Origin: an uncultured Dehalococcoidales bacterium
Lineage (GTDB): Bacteria; Chloroflexota; Dehalococcoidia; GIF9; AB-539-J10
Reading direction: 5' to 3'
NCBI GenBank assembly: GCA_964586515.1
Contig: CAZPGJ010000004.1
Coordinates: 154,539-218,538, forward strand
Length of the DNA stretch: 64,000 bases
Within the stretch, counting starts at the first letter, position 1; the number at the start of each line of letters is the position of its first letter. The notes beneath the pieces are model-generated. The model did not search any database, was not told the origin of the DNA, and saw only the letters and a list, made by a program, of their open reading frames with translations. Both the position numbers and the translations under genes were made by a program. This document shows, piece by piece, positions 1-8,761 of the stretch.

Positions 1-1
1 T

Positions 2-2161
2 TTCCCCGGCGGTGGAGTAGCGCTTATTCGGCCATTCTTTGCCTGGCTTGTCTCTGGCACTATTCTGCTTGTCAGTCACGGGGCAACAACTCTATATCAC
101 ATGGAAGTGATAGCCGCTTACGTGCCTGCTATTCTGGGCGGTCTGACACTTATCCCCGTGTACTTTATTGGCAAGGAACTGTTTAACCGCTGGGTCGGCG
201 TAATTTCAGCTGCTCTAGTTGGCATCCTGCCCAGTGAATTTCTGCATCGTTCGCTGCTTGGCTTTACCGACCACCATGTAGCTGAGACTTTGTTTACCGC
301 CGTGAGCGCACTCTTTCTGATAATGGCCATTAAGCGAGCTCGAGAAAGGGAGATGTCCTTCGGGCACATTCTAAGTAGAGACTGGTCAACTATCAGGAGA
401 CCTCTCATCTATATGCTGCTCGCTGCCATCTTCTTGGGCTTTTATCTCCTTACCTGGCAAGGTGGGCTGTTGTTCGTCTTTATCATATTTGTTTACCTGG
501 TGATTCAGTTCGTAGGGGACCACATGACGCGTAAATCGAGCGACTATCTGTGCATTATAGGCACTCCTCTTTTCCTTATCGCCTTCCTCATGCTTCTTCC
601 GTTATTGGGCAGTGGCAGCTTTGAAGGGCTTTATCGTGTATCTATGCCAATTGCCATATTGGTGCCCGTACTCTTAAGCGTTATCTCGCGGCTCATGTCG
701 GGCAGGAATTTGAGGCCTGTTTACTACCCTTTGGCTCTACTGGCACTGCTTGGAATCGGGCTGGCTGCTTTGCATGCTATCAATCCCTCCCTATTTGGGT
801 ACATGTTCAGCCAATTCAGGGTCTTCAGTCCGGCTGGCGCGATGCTGACTGTCATGGAGGTGCATCCCCTGGACTTGAGCATAGCCTGGGCCAACTTTAA
901 CACCTCCTTCTTCATCTCATTTGTCTCCTTTGCCATGCTTATTTACATCGCTATTAAGGAAAGAAGTGCCGACAAGACCCTGTTCCTGGTATGGAGCATT
1001 ATGATGTTGATAGCAGTCTTTGGACAGCGCCGCTTCGGTTACTACTATGTCGTAAATGCTGCCTTGCTCACAGGGTATTTCTCCTGGAAAATGCTGGACT
1101 TGGCTGGATTGAGAAAATTGCTGGCTAAGCCTAAGGAACTTGTGGGAGCGGTTAAGAAATTCAAGAAAGGGAAAAAAGCCAAGGAGAAAGCAAGGAAAAA
1201 AACATTTATGCAGCCCAGAGGCGCCTGGGTAAATGTCATCATCGTGGGAATAATCCTCTTTTTCGTCGTCTTTTTCCCCAGTATTGGAGTGCGGGGGAAG
1301 ACGCCTACCAAAATTGCTGGAAGTGGTCCGGATTGGTTTTCCATTGGATACACACCGTATATTGCCGCGATGCCAAATCAGATTATGAACGAGGGGTGGT
1401 ATAGCGCATGTGTATGGCTAAGGGATAACAGTCCCGAACCTTTTAGTGACCCCAATTCCTATTATGAGATATACCCGCCGCAGAGTGAGTTTAAATATCC
1501 CGAGACCGCCTACGGCGTAATGTCCTGGTGGGACTATGGCTACTTTATCATGCAGATTGCCCATCGCATACCCAATGCCAATCCTGGCCAGAATGGGGCT
1601 AAGGAAGCCGGCGAGTTCTTTACCGCCCAGAATGATAGTTCAGCCCGGGAAATTGTGGAGCGGTACGACTTACGTACGAAATATGTGATGATTGACTATG
1701 CAATGGCAACGCCAGCGAAGTTCTATGCTATGGCAGAGTGGGCTGGCAGCAATGAAAGCAAGTTTTACGGAATTTATTACGTGCCTTCATCAAGTGGTGG
1801 TGGGCAATGGACATATTTATTCTATCCCACCTACTACGACTCTCTTGTGGTTAGGCTCTACAACTTTGACGGCCAAGCCGTGACTCCCACGAAACCGATA
1901 GTCATATCTTATGAAAATAAGGTGACCAGTACGGGACAGGAGTATATGGAAGTCACCGGTGCGCAATATTTCTCCAGCTATGAAGAGGCTCAAGCTTATG
2001 TCGCAAGCCAGACGTCTGGAAACTATAGAATAGTGGGCACCAGCCCCTTTACTAGCATTGTGCCTCTTGAAGCATTGAACAGCTATGAGCGCGTCTATTC
2101 ATCTGGCGACACTACAAATCAAACAACCGTGAAAGTTTTCGAGTACCTGGGCGGGTCCTGA
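2..2161 (+). CDS. aglB: Archaeal-type oligosaccharyltransferase (AglB/STT3 family), 5'-partial
   Basis: WWDYG motif (SWWDYGYF), GFTDHHVAE, TVME (TIXE-like), many TM segments and a soluble C-terminal domain. The frame of ORF 101..2161 is open back to base 2 (FPGGG..RPFFAWL), so the gene starts before the window. Confidence 0.9.
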   Translation, partial: FPGGGVALIRPFFAWLVSGTILLVSHGATTLYHMEVIAAYVPAILGGLTLIPVYFIGKELFNRWVGVISAALVGILPSEFLHRSLLGFTDHHVAETLFTAVSALFLIMAIKRAREREMSFGHILSRDWSTIRRPLIYMLLAAIFLGFYLLTWQGGLLFVFIIFVYLVIQFVGDHMTRKSSDYLCIIGTPLFLIAFLMLLPLLGSGSFEGLYRVSMPIAILVPVLLSVISRLMSGRNLRPVYYPLALLALLGIGLAALHAINPSLFGYMFSQFRVFSPAGAMLTVMEVHPLDLSIAWANFNTSFFISFVSFAMLIYIAIKERSADKTLFLVWSIMMLIAVFGQRRFGYYYVVNAALLTGYFSWKMLDLAGLRKLLAKPKELVGAVKKFKKGKKAKEKARKKTFMQPRGAWVNVIIVGIILFFVVFFPSIGVRGKTPTKIAGSGPDWFSIGYTPYIAAMPNQIMNEGWYSACVWLRDNSPEPFSDPNSYYEIYPPQSEFKYPETAYGVMSWWDYGYFIMQIAHRIPNANPGQNGAKEAGEFFTAQNDSSAREIVERYDLRTKYVMIDYAMATPAKFYAMAEWAGSNESKFYGIYYVPSSSGGGQWTYLFYPTYYDSLVVRLYNFDGQAVTPTKPIVISYENKVTSTGQEYMEVTGAQYFSSYEEAQAYVASQTSGNYRIVGTSPFTSIVPLEALNSYERVYSSGDTTNQTTVKVFEYLGGS

Positions 2162-2334
2162 GTAAAAATACAGCCATCCATTGCAAGTGGAGGGGGATTT
2201 GTGGGCTCTCATAGTTGGGGCACTGCTAGAACGTCAGTACCAGGTAATAATCCCTGATGGCCTCTTCACGGGAAGCTGGAAAACATAAGACTGCTTACTG
2301 AGCCATCTTGGTATTCCGACCTTTCCTCTTTTGT

Positions 2335-2525
2335 TGTCATTGCGAGCAACCTGCCCGCCTGTTCACCGTACGACTTCGGCAGGCGAGCCAAGGCTTGGCA
2401 GGCGGGAGCGTGGCAATCTCTATTGCCCCCACCGAGATTGCTTCGGCTGACTTCGTCAGCCTCGCAATGACAAAGGGGGTGTCGTGCCTCGCAATGACAG
2501 AAGAAGCGTGTGCCTCGCAATGACA
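2335..2525. repeat. GTCA/TGAC-tagged palindromic (REP-like) cluster with nested insert and three right-end copies
   Basis: TGTCATTGCGAG...GCAATCTC left half, GAGATTGC...CTCGCAATGACA right half; CTCGCAATGACA recurs near 2461, 2488 and 2514. Confidence 0.85.
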
Positions 2526-2614
2526 ATTTGCGTTGTCAAACGCTCTTCTGATAAAGTGCTTAAAAAGTAAGAAGGTGGTAGGTTAGCAATCTTGAGTAAT
2601 GGAGTTAAGCAGGG

Positions 2615-2623
2615 TGGTATAAT
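2615..2623 (+). promoter_or_regulatory. Extended -10 promoter for the rml operon
   Basis: TGGTATAAT about 20-30 nt upstream of the rmlA start; no clear -35. Confidence 0.5.
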
Positions 2624-2654
2624 ATTTGCTACCCCCTAGGGAATGGCATTTGGA

Positions 2655-3722
2655 ATGAAAGCATTAATATTGGCTGGTGGTAAGGGAACTAGACTTAAGC
2701 CACTGACCAACACCTTGGCTAAACAGCTTATTCCGGTGGCTAATAAACCAATACTTTACTACGTTTTGGAGCAAATTGCTGAGGCCGAGATAAGGGATAT
2801 TGGTATTATTATTTCACCGGAAACAGGGCAGAGGATTAAGGAAGTGGTGGGAGATGGTTCAAAGTGGAATGCTCAAATTACCTACATTTTACAATCCGAA
2901 CCTTTGGGTCTTGCCCATGCTGTGAAGACAGCGCAAGACTTCCTTGGCGATTCTCCTTTCTTGATGTTTCTTGGCGATAATCTTATTCAGGGCGGCGTCA
3001 AGAGCTTTGTTAAAGAGTTTACTACAAAGAAGGCTGATGCACTTGTTCTGCTTAAAGAAGTTGCCGACCCACGCCTATTCGGCGTTGCTGAACTAAACGA
3101 AAAAGGCGAGATAACCAGGATTGTGGAAAAGCCACGGGAACCGAAAACTAATCTGGCGGTGCCCGGCGTTTACCTCTTCACCAGGGACGTACATCAGGCG
3201 ATAGACAGGATAAAACCCTCATGGCGAGGAGAACTTGAAATAACCGATACCATTCAACAACTCATTGATTCCGGCAAAAAAGTGTGCAGTCACATCCTCA
3301 CCGGCTGGTGGCTGGATACAGGGAAGAAAGATGACCTCCTGGAAGCTAACCGTATTGTCCTTGATGAATTTATGAAACGCGATTTAAGAGGTGAGATTGA
3401 TGCCGCCAGCCAGGTGGCAGGCAGAGTCGAGGTCGGAGAGGGAACAAGCATAGAACACAGTACCATCAGGGGGCCGGTATCTATTGGTGAGAATTGCCAT
3501 ATCAAGGACTCCTATATTGGTCCTTTTACCAGCATTGCTGCGGGAACGACTATTGAACGGTCCGGCATAGAGCACTCGGTTGTCTTGGAAAACTGCTCTA
3601 TTCGCAATATCGAGCGGTTGAGTGACTGTGTCATCGGTCGGTGTGCAGTCGTGACCAGGCGCGGAGACGGCTTCAAGGCAACCACGCTCTTTATCGGAGA
3701 TGATGCCAAAGTAGAACTGTGA
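2655..3722 (+). CDS. rmlA: Glucose-1-phosphate thymidylyltransferase, long form with C-terminal beta-helix
   Basis: [40 protein letters not shown]; alternative ATG at 2643. Confidence 0.92.
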   Translation: MKALILAGGKGTRLKPLTNTLAKQLIPVANKPILYYVLEQIAEAEIRDIGIIISPETGQRIKEVVGDGSKWNAQITYILQSEPLGLAHAVKTAQDFLGDSPFLMFLGDNLIQGGVKSFVKEFTTKKADALVLLKEVADPRLFGVAELNEKGEITRIVEKPREPKTNLAVPGVYLFTRDVHQAIDRIKPSWRGELEITDTIQQLIDSGKKVCSHILTGWWLDTGKKDDLLEANRIVLDEFMKRDLRGEIDAASQVAGRVEVGEGTSIEHSTIRGPVSIGENCHIKDSYIGPFTSIAAGTTIERSGIEHSVVLENCSIRNIERLSDCVIGRCAVVTRRGDGFKATTLFIGDDAKVEL

Positions 3723-3770
3723 GAAGGGGTCAGGGACTAGAGAATCAGGGGTCGGTATGAGAAAAAGCCT

Positions 3771-4157
3771 ATAACAATTCGTAGTTATCAGGACTTGGAG
3801 GTATGGCAAAGGGCGATGGATCTGGTAGAAGATTGCTATCGACTGACAAAGGAATTTCCCAAGGAAGAAGTCTATGGGCTTTCAAGTCAGTTGCAACGTT
3901 CAGCGGTTTCAATTCCAGCCAATATAGCCGAAGGCCGAGAACGGGGACGTACAAAAGAGTTTCTCCATCACCTTTCAATCGCTTATGGTTCCCTTGCTGA
4001 ATTAGAGACTCACATTTTGATTGCTCGACGCTTGGACTGCGTTAGTGAAGAGAATATAGGGCAATTGATGGATAAAATGGCGGAGATTGGGCGTATGCTT
4101 AATGGTTTGCGGGGGTCTTTAAAACACAGAACCCAGTCCCCGATCCCCAGTTCCTGA
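3771..4157 (+). CDS. Four-helix-bundle protein (23S rRNA IVS protein family); start codon uncertain
   Basis: IRSYQDLEVWQRAMDL..FPKEEVYGLSSQLQRSAVSIPANIAEG signature. The conserved N-terminus lies upstream of the TTG at 3795; the ATG at 3757 is out of frame. Confidence 0.85.
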   Translation: MTIRSYQDLEVWQRAMDLVEDCYRLTKEFPKEEVYGLSSQLQRSAVSIPANIAEGRERGRTKEFLHHLSIAYGSLAELETHILIARRLDCVSEENIGQLMDKMAEIGRMLNGLRGSLKHRTQSPIPSS

Positions 4158-4187
4158 CCCCTACTGGGTGATTAAAGAGGGCAAACT

Positions 4188-4757
4188 ATGCCATTTGCTT
4201 TCAATAGGTTAGAGATTCCGGGGGTAGTCTTGATAAAACCAGAGGTTTTTGTGGATGGGAGGGGTTTCTTTACGGAAACATACAAGATGACGAATTTTGT
4301 TACTGCTGGCATAAAGGTAAATTTCGTCCAGGAGAATCACTCCCGTTCTGGTAAAGGGGTCCTGAGGGGATTGCATTATCAAAACCCACCCTTTGCACAG
4401 GGAAAGTTGGTGAGGGTGATAAGGGGCGAGATATTTGATGTCGCCGTTGACATTAGAAAGGGCTCGCCTACCTGGGGTAAATGGGTAGGGGTAATCTTAT
4501 CGGAAGAGAATAAAAATATTCTCTATGTTCCGGCAGGCCTTGCTCATGGGTTCTGTGTCCTTTCAGAAATTGCCGAGGTCATATATAAAACCACCAATGT
4601 CTACTCCGCTGAATCTGAAGCTGGTATTATCTGGAATGATGAGGACTTGGATATCGAGTGGCCTGTTAAGGAGCCGATTCTATCTGAAAAAGACAAGAAA
4701 TGGCCTGCGCTAAAGAATGCGGATATCAAATTTTACTATGCAGAGGAGGCAAAATGA
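4188..4757 (+). CDS. rmlC: dTDP-4-dehydrorhamnose 3,5-epimerase
   Basis: DGRGFF, QENHSRS..GVLRGLHYQ, QGKLVRVIRGEIFDVAVDIR. Confidence 0.95.
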   Translation: MPFAFNRLEIPGVVLIKPEVFVDGRGFFTETYKMTNFVTAGIKVNFVQENHSRSGKGVLRGLHYQNPPFAQGKLVRVIRGEIFDVAVDIRKGSPTWGKWVGVILSEENKNILYVPAGLAHGFCVLSEIAEVIYKTTNVYSAESEAGIIWNDEDLDIEWPVKEPILSEKDKKWPALKNADIKFYYAEEAK

Positions 4758-5758
4758 AGCTACTTGTCACCGGCGGCGCCGGCTTTATCGGCAGTAATTT
4801 CATTCGTCATATGTGGCAGGCGCACCCGGATTGGGAGATAACCAATCTGGACAAGCTCACCTATGCCGGCAACCTGGAAAACTTAAAAGACATACAAGAC
4901 CAGTCCGGCTACCACTTTGTCAAAGGAGACATAGCTGATAGGAAGCTGGTAGATAAGCTGCTGAGCCAGGGGCCCGATGTCATTGTGAACTTTGCTGCTG
5001 AGAGCCACGTTGACCGCAGCATCCTGGACGCCTCGCCATTCATCGAGACTAATGTTAAAGGGACTCAGGTGCTCCTCGAAGGGGCAAAAAAGCACGGGAT
5101 TCAAAGATTTATCCAAGTGTCCACCGATGAAGTCTATGGCTCTATTAATAGCGGCCGCTTTACTGAAGAATCAACTTTATCTCCCAACAGCCCGTATTCA
5201 GCCAGCAAAGCCGCTGCTGACCTTTTATGTCGCGCCTACTTCAAGACCCATCATCTGACGACAATTATCACCCGCTGCACCAACAACTTCGGACCGTACC
5301 AGTTTCCTGAGAAATTAATTCCCTTGGCTGTCACCAATGCCCTGGAAGATAAACCAATCCCCGTCTATGGCGATGGCCTCAACATCAGGGACTGGATCTT
5401 TGTAGTTGACCACTGCCGGGCTCTGGATGCCGTCATTCAGAAAGGCCAGCCCGGAGAGATATATAATATCGGCGGCGGCAATGAGAAGACCAACCTGGAA
5501 ATTATCCGCAAGCTGCTGGAGCTGCTGGGCAAACCACAGAGCCTGATGCAATTCGTTACCGACCGTCCTGCCCACGACCGCCGCTACGCTCTGGATTGCG
5601 CCAAAATAGCCACAGAACTGGGCTGGAAGTCAGATTATTCCTTTGAAAAAGCTTTGAGCGCTACTGTTGACTGGTATCTAAAGAACGAGTCCTGGTGGCG
5701 GTCAATCAAAAGCGGCGAGTATTCCGAATACTACAAGAAAATGTACCTCAAAAGGTGA
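4754..5758 (+). CDS. rmlB: dTDP-glucose 4,6-dehydratase
   Basis: MKLLVTGGAGFIGSNF, DKLTYAGN, AAESHVDRSI, YSASK; start set at ATG 4754 after GGAGG, overlapping the rmlC stop. Confidence 0.95.
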   Translation: MKLLVTGGAGFIGSNFIRHMWQAHPDWEITNLDKLTYAGNLENLKDIQDQSGYHFVKGDIADRKLVDKLLSQGPDVIVNFAAESHVDRSILDASPFIETNVKGTQVLLEGAKKHGIQRFIQVSTDEVYGSINSGRFTEESTLSPNSPYSASKAAADLLCRAYFKTHHLTTIITRCTNNFGPYQFPEKLIPLAVTNALEDKPIPVYGDGLNIRDWIFVVDHCRALDAVIQKGQPGEIYNIGGGNEKTNLEIIRKLLELLGKPQSLMQFVTDRPAHDRRYALDCAKIATELGWKSDYSFEKALSATVDWYLKNESWWRSIKSGEYSEYYKKMYLKR

Positions 5759-6624
5759 AAGTAGCGGTCACAGGCGCTAACGGGCAACTGGGCACTGATT
5801 TGTGCCGAACCCTGCATAACTTCGATGTCGTTCCCTTTACGCATGCTGATATCGAAATTGCCGATATGGCTTCTGTCAGGGAAGCCATGCTGAAACACAA
5901 GCCGGCTATTATTATAAATACCGCCGCTTATGTTCGAGTTGATGACTGCGAAGACGAAAAAGATAAAGCTTTCCAGGTGAATGCTCTGGGGGCCCGCAAT
6001 GTCGCTGTGGTTGCCCAAGAACTCGGAGCCCGGCTGGTCCACATCAGCACCGACTATATCTTCGGCGGCGAGGCTAAGCCGCGGACTACCCCCTATACCG
6101 AATTCGATACACCTGTTCCCCTGAGCGTTTATGGAAAATCCAAGCTGGCTGGGGAAACCCTTGTCCGCCATCTGTGCCATAGACACTTCATCGCCAGGGC
6201 TTCGGGACTTTTCGGCGTGGCCGGCTCCAGCGGCAAAGGCGGCAACTTCATTGAGGCCATGCTCAGGCTGGCCAGAGAGCGCGATGAACTCAAGGTGGTC
6301 AATGACCAGGTCTTTTCCCCCACCTACACCAGTGACTTAGCCCAAAAAATAGGCCAGCTAATGACCACCGACTATTACGGCATATTCCATATCACCAACA
6401 GAGGCACCTGCTCCTGGTATGAGTTCACCACAGAGATATTTAGGCTGGCTGGCATAAAGACCCCGGTCGCCCCCATAACTTCAGGCCAGTACCCCCAGAA
6501 AGCCCGGAGACCCCGCTATTCGGTGCTGGATAATTACCACCTGCGTCTCCTGGGCATGGACGACATGAGGCCCTGGCAAGAAGCGCTAAAAGATTACCTG
6601 ATAGCCAGAGGTCACATCGCCTGA
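5755..6624 (+). CDS. rmlD: dTDP-4-dehydrorhamnose reductase
   Basis: GANGQLG, HISTDYIFGG, YGKSKLAGE, ARRPRYSVL; GTG 5755 overlaps the rmlB stop. Confidence 0.93.
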   Translation: MKVAVTGANGQLGTDLCRTLHNFDVVPFTHADIEIADMASVREAMLKHKPAIIINTAAYVRVDDCEDEKDKAFQVNALGARNVAVVAQELGARLVHISTDYIFGGEAKPRTTPYTEFDTPVPLSVYGKSKLAGETLVRHLCHRHFIARASGLFGVAGSSGKGGNFIEAMLRLARERDELKVVNDQVFSPTYTSDLAQKIGQLMTTDYYGIFHITNRGTCSWYEFTTEIFRLAGIKTPVAPITSGQYPQKARRPRYSVLDNYHLRLLGMDDMRPWQEALKDYLIARGHIA

Positions 6625-6645
6625 AAGCAATCAGCCCTTTTCCCA

Positions 6646-6905
6646 CGTCATTGTGAGCCCTTCCCCACATGTCATTGCGAGCGACCTGCCCGCCTGCTCG
6701 CCGTACGACTTCGGCAGGCGAGCCAAGGCTTGGCAGGCGGGGGCGCGCGGCAATCTCCGAGATTGCTTCGGCTGGTTTCACCAGCCTCGCAATGACAGGG
6801 CCGTGTCATTGTGAGCCCCGACTTGTCGGAGCGAAGAATCTCCCCTCTCTGCTCAAGTCTGTCATGACCGGAATCGAAGGGCCTGTCCTAAGTAAAGGCG
6901 AACGG
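6646..6905. repeat. REP-like palindromic repeat cluster at the left edge of the TA islet
   Basis: Several GTCATTG(C/T)GAG left halves, one complete unit closing with CTCGCAATGACA, and a nested 57-nt insert matching 2350..2406. Confidence 0.85.
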
Positions 6906-7077
6906 GGCGGGCGGTGTAGAAGGAACATTTTTGAATCCTAAACTGTTATTTTTACCTTTTGATGCTTGATTTTTCTTACTTTGTCCATCTCGTTAGGCAC
7001 ACCTGAAGGTACACCGCTACTCACCTTCACAAACATATATCAGCTATCTAAAATCTTCAGGCAAAACAGCAATTCGC

Positions 7078-7106
7078 TTGCTTCTCTTCTGTATATATCG
7101 TATGAT
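7078..7106 (+). promoter_or_regulatory. Sigma70-type promoter of the TA islet
   Basis: TTGCTT-17 nt-TATGAT. Confidence 0.5.
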
Positions 7107-7152
7107 TGTCCACATTAGGAGTTAAGAAATATGTGTATTATCCGAGGACAAG

Positions 7153-7437
7153 ATGGATAGGGCCAGAATCCTTGAGAAAATTGCTCAGGCACTTAAGGAG
7201 CAAGGTGCAACCAAGATAGCCATCTTTGGCTCCTATGCTAGAGGGGAAGAGAGACCAGACAGCGATATTGATGTCATTGTAGAATTCTCGGAAAAGAAAA
7301 GCCTTCTTGAGCTAGTGAGGATGGAGAGGGAGCTCCATGAAGCATTAGGAATAAAGGTAGACTTGCTGACGGAGAAGTCCATAAGCCCATACCTGATTGA
7401 TATTGTGAAGCAGCAAATGGAGGTAATCTGCGGGTGA
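7153..7437 (+). CDS. Minimal nucleotidyltransferase (MNT) antitoxin-type protein
   Basis: IAIFGSYARGEERPDSDIDVIVEF (GS..DxD motif), 94 aa. Confidence 0.88.
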   Translation: MDRARILEKIAQALKEQGATKIAIFGSYARGEERPDSDIDVIVEFSEKKSLLELVRMERELHEALGIKVDLLTEKSISPYLIDIVKQQMEVICG

Positions 7438-7476
7438 GAAAGGACGGAAGAACTAAGAGCAAAGGAGGTAGTTAAG

Positions 7477-7677
7477 ATGGCGATCAGGGAGCGCCTTATC
7501 AATAAGATACAATCTTTGCCAGAGGATAAGCTCGATGAAATTGCCGACTTCATCGAATTTCTAGAGGTAAAAGGGAAAGCACAATCTGCCCTGGCAGAAT
7601 ATGGGATGGGCGACTATTTGAACCAACTGTCAGCCTACGAAGAGATGCTGGCTGCTGGCAAGATAAAGTGGACATAA
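7477..7677 (+). CDS. DUF2281-like antitoxin
   Basis: LINKIQSLPEDKLDEIADFIEFL pattern; GGAGG RBS; overlaps the PemK/MazF toxin start. Confidence 0.7.
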   Translation: MAIRERLINKIQSLPEDKLDEIADFIEFLEVKGKAQSALAEYGMGDYLNQLSAYEEMLAAGKIKWT

Positions 7678-8012
7678 AAAGAGGAGATATTTTCTTAGTC
7701 GACCTGAATCCTGTTGTAGGCGCAGAACAAGCAGGCATAAGGCCTGCCCTAGTAATACAGGTAGACAGAGCAAATGCAGCTAGCCCTCACACGGTCATCA
7801 TTCCATTCACCACAAGGATAAGAGAGGTTAAGCTACCTTCCCATGTCAGGATACCTGCTGGTATTGGAGGATTGGCAGAGGACTCGATACTTCTGTGTGA
7901 GCAGATAAGAGTCATTGACAAAAGAAGACTGGTGCGGAAGATAGGCAGTATTGGAGAAGACTATTTAGGAGAGCTTGGCATAGCTATCAAGGTGATATTA
8001 GGTCTGGAATGA
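7668..8012 (+). CDS. mazF: PemK/MazF family endoribonuclease toxin
   Basis: RGDIFLVDLNPVVGAEQAGIRPALVIQ, LCEQIRVIDKRRL. Confidence 0.9.
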   Translation: MDIKRGDIFLVDLNPVVGAEQAGIRPALVIQVDRANAASPHTVIIPFTTRIREVKLPSHVRIPAGIGGLAEDSILLCEQIRVIDKRRLVRKIGSIGEDYLGELGIAIKVILGLE

Positions 8013-8029
8013 ACGAGAGTGCGACCCTT

Positions 8030-8140
8030 CAGGGTCGTGCCGCGCGAGGCTAAAGCTGGACCTCTCGTCATTCTGAGTCCCGATGCAATCGGGACGAAGA
8101 ATCTAACCTCTGCTCAGGCCTGTGCTGAGCGAAGTCGAAG
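8030..8140. repeat. Palindromic repeat cluster (CGACCCTTCAGGGTCG unit plus GTCATTCTGAG left half)
   Basis: Perfect palindrome CGACCCT-TC-AGGGTCG; GTCATTCTGAG-(TCCCGATGCAATCGGGA)-CGAAGAATCT; CTGAGCGAAGTCGAAG. Confidence 0.75.
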
Positions 8141-8188
8141 AGGTAAATTTCGCTTGACTAATTTAACTTCCGACTCTAGACTGGGGTT

Positions 8189-8288
8189 GGTGACTATTTC
8201 CGGGAAGTTAAGTAATGATGTTGGCAGGGGAACTCTAAACAGTATACTAAAGCAAGCTGGTCTGAAAGGAGTGGGAAGAGATGTTTAA
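8189..8288 (+). pseudogene. hicA: C-terminal half of a HicA toxin
   Basis: VTISGKLSNDVGRGTLNSILKQAGLK matches the HicA C-terminus; the N-terminal half is replaced by repeat DNA; directly upstream of hicB. Confidence 0.75.
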
Positions 8289-8496
8289 ATATACAATTGT
8301 AATTGAGAAGGCTGATGGTAATTATTCTGCATACTGTCCGGATTTGCCCGGCTGTGTAGCTACGGGGGCAAGTGTAGAGGAAACGACGGAAAGAATAAAA
8401 GAGGCTATTCAATTCCACATTGCAGGACTCAAGGCGGAAGGCTTGGATGTGCCACCGCCTGCCACTACTGCTGCTCTTGTCGAAGTAGCATTGTAG
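8281..8496 (+). CDS. hicB: HicB family antitoxin
   Basis: YTIVIEKADGNYSAYCPDLPGCVATG..EAIQFHIAGL. Confidence 0.88.
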   Translation: MFKYTIVIEKADGNYSAYCPDLPGCVATGASVEETTERIKEAIQFHIAGLKAEGLDVPPPATTAALVEVAL

Positions 8497-8503
8497 AGGA
8501 TTG

Positions 8504-8634
8504 AGAAAGCCCGGAGACCCCGCTACTCGGTGCTGGACAATTACCACCTGCGTCTCCTGGGCATGGATGACATGAGACGTTGGCGAGAAGCACTTAGAGA
8601 GTATATGATAAACAAAGGACATGTTAAACGATAA
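8504..8634 (+). pseudogene. Second copy of the rmlD 3' end
   Basis: Encodes KARRPRYSVLDNYHLRLLGMDDMRRWREALREYMINKGHVKR-stop; direct repeat of 6497..6624. Confidence 0.9.
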
Positions 8635-8761
8635 GGAAACGGTTGCTATGCAACCTTGTATTCAAGTATTATAGAGGATACAGCTTCAGACATAAATACT
8701 CCTTTGAGTAACACTTAGTGGGTGTCTTGGTCAGCTTTGATGGCACTATAGGAGGAAGCTA

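Noticed and set aside
2266-2526. ORFs 2266..2526, 2308..2523, 6669..6941 and 8019..8288 as proteins
   Set aside because: They are translations of repeat DNA (CHCE.., SLAMT..), apart from the hicA remnant.
6646-8500. Integron cassette array for the TA genes
   Set aside because: No RYYYAAC/GTTRRRY pairs found after these genes; the flanks are GTCA/TGAC repeats instead.
3771-8634. Diversity-generating retroelement (Avd-like four-helix bundle plus a repeat at a gene 3' end)
   Set aside because: Mismatches between the rmlD copies are not adenine-specific (C/T, G/A, C/G all occur, mostly synonymous) and there is no reverse transcriptase in the window.
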